From assembly GCF_009914755.1 (NCBI RefSeq), contig NC_060939.1: 64,000 bases of DNA. One strand, given 5' to 3'. A program made the translations under genes and the position numbers. This stretch comes from the human T2T-CHM13v2.0 reference genome, Homo sapiens. The notes beneath the pieces were generated by a model. It was not told the origin of the DNA and ran no database searches. It saw only the letters and a program-made list of their open reading frames with translations. Positions 56,201-64,000 of the stretch are shown piece by piece; the first letter of the stretch is position 1, and each line of letters begins with the position of its first letter.

Positions 56201-59200
56201 GCATTCTGGTCCATTCCATTTGATTCCATTCCATTCTATTCCATTCCATACAGTTGCATTCCATTGGATTCCATGCTATATCTATAAATTCAATTCGAGA
56301 CCATTGCTTTTGAGTCCATTCTATATGATTCCATTCCATTCAAGTCCATTACATTTGGTTCAATTCCATTCCATTCCATTCCCTTCCATTCCATTCCATT
56401 TGATATGAATCCATTCGATTCCATTCCATTCGAGCACATTCCATTCGAGTCCATTCCATTCGATGCCATTCCATTTGATTCTATTCCATTAGTCTCCATT
56501 CAATTCCATTAATCTCCATTCCATTCCATTCTACTCCAACTGATTCCATTCCATTCTATTCCTTTCCATTCCATTTCATTCCATTCCATTCCATTCGTGT
56601 CCATTCCACTCCAGTCCATTCCATTCGTGTCCATTCCATTCCAGTCCATTCCATTTGTGTCCACTGCATTCCATTCCACTCCATTCCATATTATTCCATT
56701 ACACTCCATTCCATTCTATTACTTTCATTTCCATTCAATTCCATTCCATTTGATTCCATTCCACTCGGTTTCATTCCATTTGAGTCCACTCCATTCCATT
56801 CCATTCCATTCCATTCAGTTCCATTCCATTCTGTTCCATTCCATTCCGTTCCATTACATTCCATTCCATTCGGTACCATTCCATATTGTTCCATTCGATT
56901 CCATTCGAATCCATTCCATTCCAGTCCATTCCATTCGATTCCATTCCATTCATTTCAATTCCATTCCATTCCATTCCATTCCATTCCACTTGATTCCTCT
57001 CCATTCCCTTCCACTGCATTCCGTTCGATTCCATTCCATTGCATTGCATTCCATTCCATTGGATTGCATTCCATTCGATTCCATTCCATTCGAATCAATT
57101 ACATAGCAATCCATTACATTCGAGTCTATTCTCTTCCGTTCCATTCGATTTCATTCCAATCCATTCGATTCCATTCCATTCGATTCCATTCCATACTATT
57201 GCATTCCATTCGATTACATTATATTCGAATAAGTTCCATTCAAGACCATTTCTTTTGAGTCCATTCTATTTGAGTCCATTCCCTTTGATTCCATAACATT
57301 TGAGTCCATTCAATTCCATTCCTTTCGTTTCCATTCCATTTGATGCCATTCCATTCAATTCTGTTCTACTCGACTCCAATACATTCAATTCCATTCCATC
57401 CGATTCCATTACATTCTTTTCATTTCTTATCCATTTCAAGCCATTCCACTCCATTCCATTCCACTCGTTTCCTTTCCATTCGAGTCCATTCCTCTCCAGT
57501 CCATTCCGTTCAATCCATTCCATTCCAGTCCATTCCATTCGAGTCCGTTCCATTCCAGTCCATTCCATTCGAGTCAATTCCATTCCATTCGATGTCTTTC
57601 CATAACGATCCATTCCATTCTATTCCTTTCGATTCCATTCCATTCTATTTCATTCCATTCGATTCCCTTCCATTGGACTCCTTTCCATTCGAGTGCATTC
57701 CATTCCTTTCCATTTCTTTCCGTTCTGTACGATTCCTACCGTTCGATTTCATTTTGTTCCAGTCCATTCCTTTCGCGTCCATTCCATTCCATTTCACTCC
57801 ATTCGATTCCATTCCACTCGATTCCACTTCGTTCCATTTCATTGCATTCCATTCTATTCAACTCTATTGCCTTCCATTCCATTCCATTCGATTACATTCC
57901 ATGCGATTCCATTCGAAATCGAATCAATTACATTGCAATCCATTACTATTGAGTCCGTTTTATTCCAGTCCACTGCATTCTGGTCCATTCCATTTGATTC
58001 CATTCCATTCTATTCCATTCCATACAGTTGCATTCCATTGGATTCCATGCTATATCTATAAATTCAATTCGAGACCATTGCTTTTGAGTCCATTCTATAT
58101 GATTCCATTCCATTCAAGTCCATTACATTTGGTTCAATTCCATTCCATTCCATTCCCTTCCATTCCATTCCATTTGATATCAATCCATTCGATTCCATTC
58201 CATTCGAGCACATTCCATTCGAGTCCATTCCATTCGATGCCATTCCATTTGATTCTATTCCATTAGTCTCCATTCAATTCCATTAATCTCCATTCCATTC
58301 CATTCTACTCCAACTGATTCCATTCCATTCTATTCCTTTCCATTCCATTTCATTCCATTCCATTCCATTTCATTCCATTCCATTCCATTCGTGTCCATTC
58401 CACTCCAGTCCATTCCATTCGTGTCCATTCCATTCCAGTCCATTCCATTTGTGTCCACTGCATTCCATTCCACTCCATTCCATATTATTCCATTACACTC
58501 CATTCCATTCTATTACTTTCATTTCCATTCAATTCCATTCCATTTGATTCCATTCCACTCGGTTTCATTCCATTTGAGTCCACTCCATTCCATTCCATTC
58601 CATTCCATTCAGTTCCATTCCATTCTGTTCCATTCCATTCCGTTCCATTACATTCCATTCCATTCGGTACCATTCCATATTGTTCCATTCGATTCCATTC
58701 GAATCCATTCCATTCCAGTCCATTCCATTCGATTCCATTCCATTCATTTCAATTCCATTCCATTCCATTCCATTACATTCCAATTGATTCCTCTCCATTC
58801 CCTTCCACTGCATTCCGTTCGATTCCATTCCATTGCATTGCATTCCATTCCATTGGATTGCATTCCATTCGATTCCATTCCATTCGAATCAATTACATAG
58901 CAATCCATTACATTCGAGTCTATTCTCTTCCGTTCCATTCGATTTCGTTCCAATCCATTCGATTCCATTCCATTCGATTCCATTCCATACTATTGCATTC
59001 CATTCGATTACATTATATTCGAATAAGTTCCATTCAAGACCATTTCTTTTGAGTCCATTCTATTTGAGTCCATTCCCTTTGATTCCATAACATTTGAGTC
59101 CATTCAATTCCATTCCTTTCGTTTCCATTCCATTTGATGCCATTCCATTCAATTCTGTTCTACTCGACTCCAATACATTCAATTCCATTCCATCCGATTC

Positions 59201-60459
59201 CATTACATTCTTTTCATTTCTTATCCATTTCAAGCCATTCCACTCCATTCCATTCCACTCGTTTCCTTTCCATTCGAGTCCATTCCTCTCCAGTCCATTC
59301 CGTTCAATCCATTCCATTCCAGTCCATTCCATTCGAGTCCGTTCCATTCCAGTCCATTCCATTCGAGTCAATTCCATTCCATTCGATGTCTTTCCATAAC
59401 GATCCATTCCATTCTATTCCTTTCGATTCCATTCCATTCTATTTCATTCCATTCGATTCCCTTCCATTGGACTCCTTTCCATTCGAGTGCATTCCATTCC
59501 GTTCCATTTCTTTCCGTTCTGTACGATTCCTACCGTTCGATTTCATTTTGTTCCAGTCCATTCCTTTCGCGTCCATTCCATTCCATTTCACTCCATTCGA
59601 TTCCATTCCACTCGATTCCACTTCGTTCCATTTCATTGCATTCCATTCTATTCAACTCTATTGCCTTCCATTCCATTCCATTCGATTACATTCCATGCGA
59701 TTCCATTCGAAATCGAATCAATTACATTGCAATCCATTACTATTGAGTCCGTTTTATTCCAGTCCACTGCATTCTGGTCCATTCCATTTGATTCCATTCC
59801 ATTCTATTCCATTCCATACAGTTGCATTCCATTGGATTCCATGCTATATCTATAAATTCAATTCGAGACCATTGCTTTTGAGTCCATTCTATATGATTCC
59901 ATTCCATTCAAGTCCATTACATTTGGTTCAATTCCATTCCATTCCATTCCCTTCCATTCCATTCCATTTGATATCAATCCATTCGATTCCATTCCATTCG
60001 AGCACATTCCATTCGAGTCCATTCCATTCGATGCCATTCCATTTGATTCTATTCCATTAGTCTCCATTCAATTCCATTAATCTCCATTCCATTCCATTCT
60101 ACTCCAACTGATTCCATTCCATTCTATTCCTTTCCATTCCATTTCATTCCATTCCATTCCATTTCATTCCATTCCATTCCATTCGTGTCCATTCCACTCC
60201 AGTCCATTCCATTCGTGTCCATTCCATTCCAGTCCATTCCATTTGTGTCCACTGCATTCCATTCCACTCCATTCCATATTATTCCATTACACTCCATTCC
60301 ATTCTATTACTTTCATTTCCATTCAATTCCATTCCATTTGATTCCATTCCACTCGGTTTCATTCCATTTGAGTCCACTCCATTCCATTCCATTCCATTCC
60401 ATTCAGTTCCATTCCATTCTGTTCCATTCCATTCCGTTCCATTACATTCCATTCCATTC

Positions 60460-62253
60460 GGTACCATTCCATATTGTTCCATTCGATTCCATTCGAATCC
60501 ATTCCATTCCAGTCCATTCCATTCGATTCCATTCCATTCATTTCAATTCCATTCCATTCCATTCCATTACATTCCACTTGATTCCTCTCCATTCCCTTCC
60601 ACTGCATTCCGTTCGATTCCATTCCATTGCATTGCATTCCATTCCATTGGATTGCATTCCATTCGATTCCATTCCATTCGAATCAATTACATAGCAATCC
60701 ATTACATTCGAGTCTATTCTCTTCCGTTCCATTCGATTTCGTTCCAATCCATTCGATTCCATTCCATTCGATTCCATTCCATACTATTGCATTCCATTCG
60801 ATTACATTATATTCGAATAAGTTCCATTCAAGACCATTTCTTTTGAGTCCATTCTATTTGAGTCCATTCCCTTTGATTCCATAACATTTGAGTCCATTCA
60901 ATTCCATTCCTTTCGTTTCCATTCCATTTGATGCCATTCCATTCAATTCTGTTCTACTCGACTCCAATACATTCAATTCCATTCCATCCGATTCCATTAC
61001 ATTCTTTTCATTTCTTATCCATTTCAAGCCATTCCACTCCATTCCATTCCACTCGTTTCCTTTCCATTCGAGTCCATTCCTCTCCAGTCCATTCCGTTCA
61101 ATCCATTCCATTCCAGTCCATTCCATTCGAGTCCGTTCCATTCCAGTCCATTCCATTCGAGTCAATTCCATTCCATTCGATGTCTTTCCATAACGATCCA
61201 TTCCATTCTATTCCTTTCGATTCCATTCCATTCTATTTCATTCCATTCGATTCCCTTCCATTGGACTCCTTTCCATTCGAGTGCATTCCATTCCGTTCCA
61301 TTTCTTTCCGTTCTGTACGATTCCTACCGTTCGATTTCATTTTGTTCCAGTCCATTCCTTTCGCGTCCATTCCATTCCATTTCACTCCATTCGATTCCAT
61401 TCCACTCGATTCCACTTCGTTCCATTTCATTGCATTCCATTCTATTCAACTCTATTGCCTTCCATTCCATTCCATTCGATTACATTCCATGCGATTCCAT
61501 TCGAAATCGAATCAATTACATTGCAATCCATTACTATTGAGTCCGTTTTATTCCAGTCCACTGCATTCTGGTCCATTCCATTTGATTCCATTCCATTCTA
61601 TTCCATTCCATACAGTTGCATTCCATTGGATTCCATGCTATATCTATAAATTCAATTCGAGACCATTGCTTTTGAGTCCATTCTATATGATTCCATTCCA
61701 TTCAAGTCCATTACATTTGGTTCAATTCCATTCCATTCCATTCCCTTCCATTCCATTCCATTTGATATCAATCCATTCGATTCCATTCCATTCGAGCACA
61801 TTCCATTCGAGTCCATTCCATTCGATGCCATTCCATTTGATTCTATTCCATTAGTCTCCATTCAATTCCATTAATCTCCATTCCATTCCATTCTACTCCA
61901 ACTGATTCCATTCCATTCTATTCCTTTCCATTCCATTTCATTCCATTCCATTCCATTTCATTCCATTCCATTCCATTCGTGTCCATTCCACTCCAGTCCA
62001 TTCCATTCGTGTCCATTCCATTCCAGTCCATTCCATTTGTGTCCACTGCATTCCATTCCACTCCATTCCATATTATTCCATTACACTCCATTCCATTCTA
62101 TTACTTTCATTTCCATTCAATTCCATTCCATTTGATTCCATTCCACTCGGTTTCATTCCATTTGAGTCCACTCCATTCCATTCCATTCCATTCCATTCAG
62201 TTCCATTCCATTCTGTTCCATTCCATTCCGTTCCATTACATTCCATTCCATTC
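60460..62253 (+). repeat. Representative consensus-like 1,794-bp HOR unit (KpnI to KpnI)
   Basis: Contains all unit landmarks in order: GGTACC, GAATCAATTACATAGC, CATAACATTTG, CATAACGATCC, CTGTACGATTCCTACCG, TTTCGCGTCC, GAAATCGAATC, CTATATCTATAAA, GATATC, CCAACTGA. Its ORF translations match those of the preceding unit. Confidence 0.9.
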
Positions 62254-64000
62254 GGTACCATTCCATATTGTTCCATTCGATTCCATTCGAATCCATTCCA
62301 TTCCAGTCCATTCCATTCGATTCCATTCCATTCATTTCAATTCCATTCCATTCCATTCCATTACATTCCACTTGATTCCTCTCCATTCCCTTCCACTGCA
62401 TTCCGTTCGATTCCATTCCATTGCATTGCATTCCATTCCATTGGATTGCATTCCATTCGATTCCATTCCATTCGAATCAATTACATAGCAATCCATTACA
62501 TTCGAGTCTATTCTCTTCCGTTCCATTCGATTTCGTTCCAATCCATTCGATTCCATTCCATTCGATTCCATTCCATACTATTGCATTCCATTCGATTACA
62601 TTATATTCGAATAAGTTCCATTCAAGACCATTTCTTTTGAGTCCATTCTATTTGAGTCCATTCCCTTTGATTCCATAACATTTGAGTCCATTCAATTCCA
62701 TTCCTTTCGTTTCCATTCCATTTGATGCCATTCCATTCAATTCTGTTCTACCCGACTCCAATACATTCAATTCCATTCCATCCGATTCCATTACATTCTT
62801 TTCATTTCTTATCCATTTCAAGCCATTCCACTCCATTCCATTCCACTCGTTTCCTTTCCATTCGAGTCCATTCCTCTCCAGTCCATTCCGTTCAATCCAT
62901 TCCATTCCAGTCCATTCCATTCGAGTCCGTTCCATTCCAGTCCATTCCATTCGAGTCAATTCCATCCCATTCGATGTCTTTCCATAACGATCCATTCCAT
63001 TCTATTCCTTTCGATTCCATTCCATTCTATTTCATTCCATTCGATTCCCTTCCATTGGACTCCTTTCCATTCGAGTGCATTCCATTCCGTTCCATTTCTT
63101 TCCGTTCTGTACGATTCCTACCGTTCGATTTCATTTTGTTCCAGTCCATTCCTTTCGCGTCCATTCCATTCCATTTCACTCCATTCGATTCCATTCCACT
63201 CGATTCCACTTCGTTCCATTTCATTGCATTCCATTCTATTCAACTCTATTGCCTTCCATTCCATTCCATTCGATTACATTCCATGCGATTCCATTCGAAA
63301 TCGAATCAATTACATTGCAATCCATTACTATTGAGTCCGTTTTATTCCAGTCCACTGCATTCTGGTCCATTCCATTTGATTCCATTCCATTCTATTCCAT
63401 TCCATACAGTTGCATTCCATTGGATTCCATGCTATATCTATAAATTCAATTCGAGACCATTGCTTTTGAGTCCATTCTATATGATTCCATTCCATTCAAG
63501 TCCATTACATTTGGTTCAATTCCATTCCATTCCATTCCCTTCCATTCCATTCCATTTGATATCAATCCATTCGATTCCATTCCATTCGAGCACATTCCAT
63601 TCGAGTCCATTCCATTCGATGCCATTCCATTTGATTCTATTCCATTAGTCTCCATTCAATTCCATTAATCTCCATTCCATTCCATTCTACTCCAACTGAT
63701 TCCATTCCATTCTATTCCTTTCCATTCCATTTCATTCCATTCCATTCCATTTCATTCCATTCCATTCCATTCGTGTCCATTCCACTCCAGTCCATTCCAT
63801 TCGTGTCCATTCCATTCCAGTCCATTCCATTTGTGTCCACTGCATTCCATTCCACTCCATTCCATATTATTCCATTACACTCCATTCCATTCTATTACTT
63901 TCATTTCCATTCAATTCCATTCCATTTGATTCCATTCCACTCGGTTTCATTCCATTTGAGTCCACTCCATTCCATTCCATTCCATTCAGTTCCATTCCAT

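Larger units (their letters stand above)
895..62259 (+). repeat. ~1.8-kb HOR (modal 1,794 bp), one KpnI site per unit; consistent with chr15p D15Z1/HSat3A5
   Basis: GGTACC starts at 895, 2714, 4508, 6306, 8114, 9927, 11735, 13529, 15303, 17106, 18900, 20694, 22488, 24282, 26076, 27870, 29664, 31453, 33247, 35041, 36830, 38639, 40433, 42227, 44021, 45795, 47604, 48640, 50449, 52258, 53289, 55098, 56872, 58666, 60460, 62254. Spacings are mostly 1794, with 1774-1819 variants and two of 1036/1031. The ORF track recurs with the same period. The HOR is seen directly; the chr15 assignment rests on the known 1.8-kb KpnI satellite III repeat of D15Z1 and is less certain (~0.7). Confidence 0.93.
1..64000 (+). 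repeat. Human satellite III (HSat3) array, diverged (CATTC)n/(GAATG)n, C-rich strand on +
   Basis: Continuous CATTC pentamers with typical variants (GATTC, GAGTC, CAGTC, CACTC, AATTC, CATTT) from the first to the last base. No switch to GGAAT on this strand and no non-satellite insert seen. Confidence 0.98.

Noticed and set aside
1-64000. CRISPR-like or prokaryotic repeat system
   Set aside because: No repeat-spacer structure with unique spacers and no cas or other genes; the sequence is a pure eukaryotic tandem satellite.
1-64000. HSat2 (satellite II, also ~1.8-kb period) or DYZ1 assignment
   Set aside because: Lacks the HSat2-type CATTCGATGATG/ATCATC 23-26-bp structure and is dominated by CATTC runs. 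The period is 1.8 kb, not the ~3.6 kb of DYZ1.
1-64000. Strand inversion or Alu/L1/other insertion
   Set aside because: No GGAAT-rich stretch on the + strand, no poly(A) tail and no non-satellite sequence seen; KpnI spacings leave no room for an insert.

Overview
The whole 64 kb window is one uninterrupted array of human/hominid satellite III (HSat3): diverged (CATTC)n pentamers, all on the C-rich strand, arranged as a head-to-tail higher-order repeat (HOR) with a modal period of 1,794 bp. Each unit has a single KpnI site (GGTACC); I read 36 sites from 895 to 62254. A 1.8-kb KpnI satellite III repeat fits the chromosome 15p D15Z1 / HSat3A5 array, but that placement is an inference. I found no genes, RNA genes, transposon insertions or inversions, and every listed ORF is an artefact of translating pentamer repeats. 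I found no new gene system. The informative signal is structural. (1) A ~4.65-kb three-unit block is tandemly duplicated at ~46.4-55.7 kb. (2) It contains a truncated ~1.03-kb unit whose junction carries a short segment copied from elsewhere in the unit. (3) It also has a cluster of 5 substitutions in 44 bp. (4) Local unit subfamilies and twin units are visible elsewhere. (5) 15-bp indels recur. (6) Each unit has an internal 829/965-bp dimer-like homology. All coordinates were read by eye and should be confirmed by alignment.
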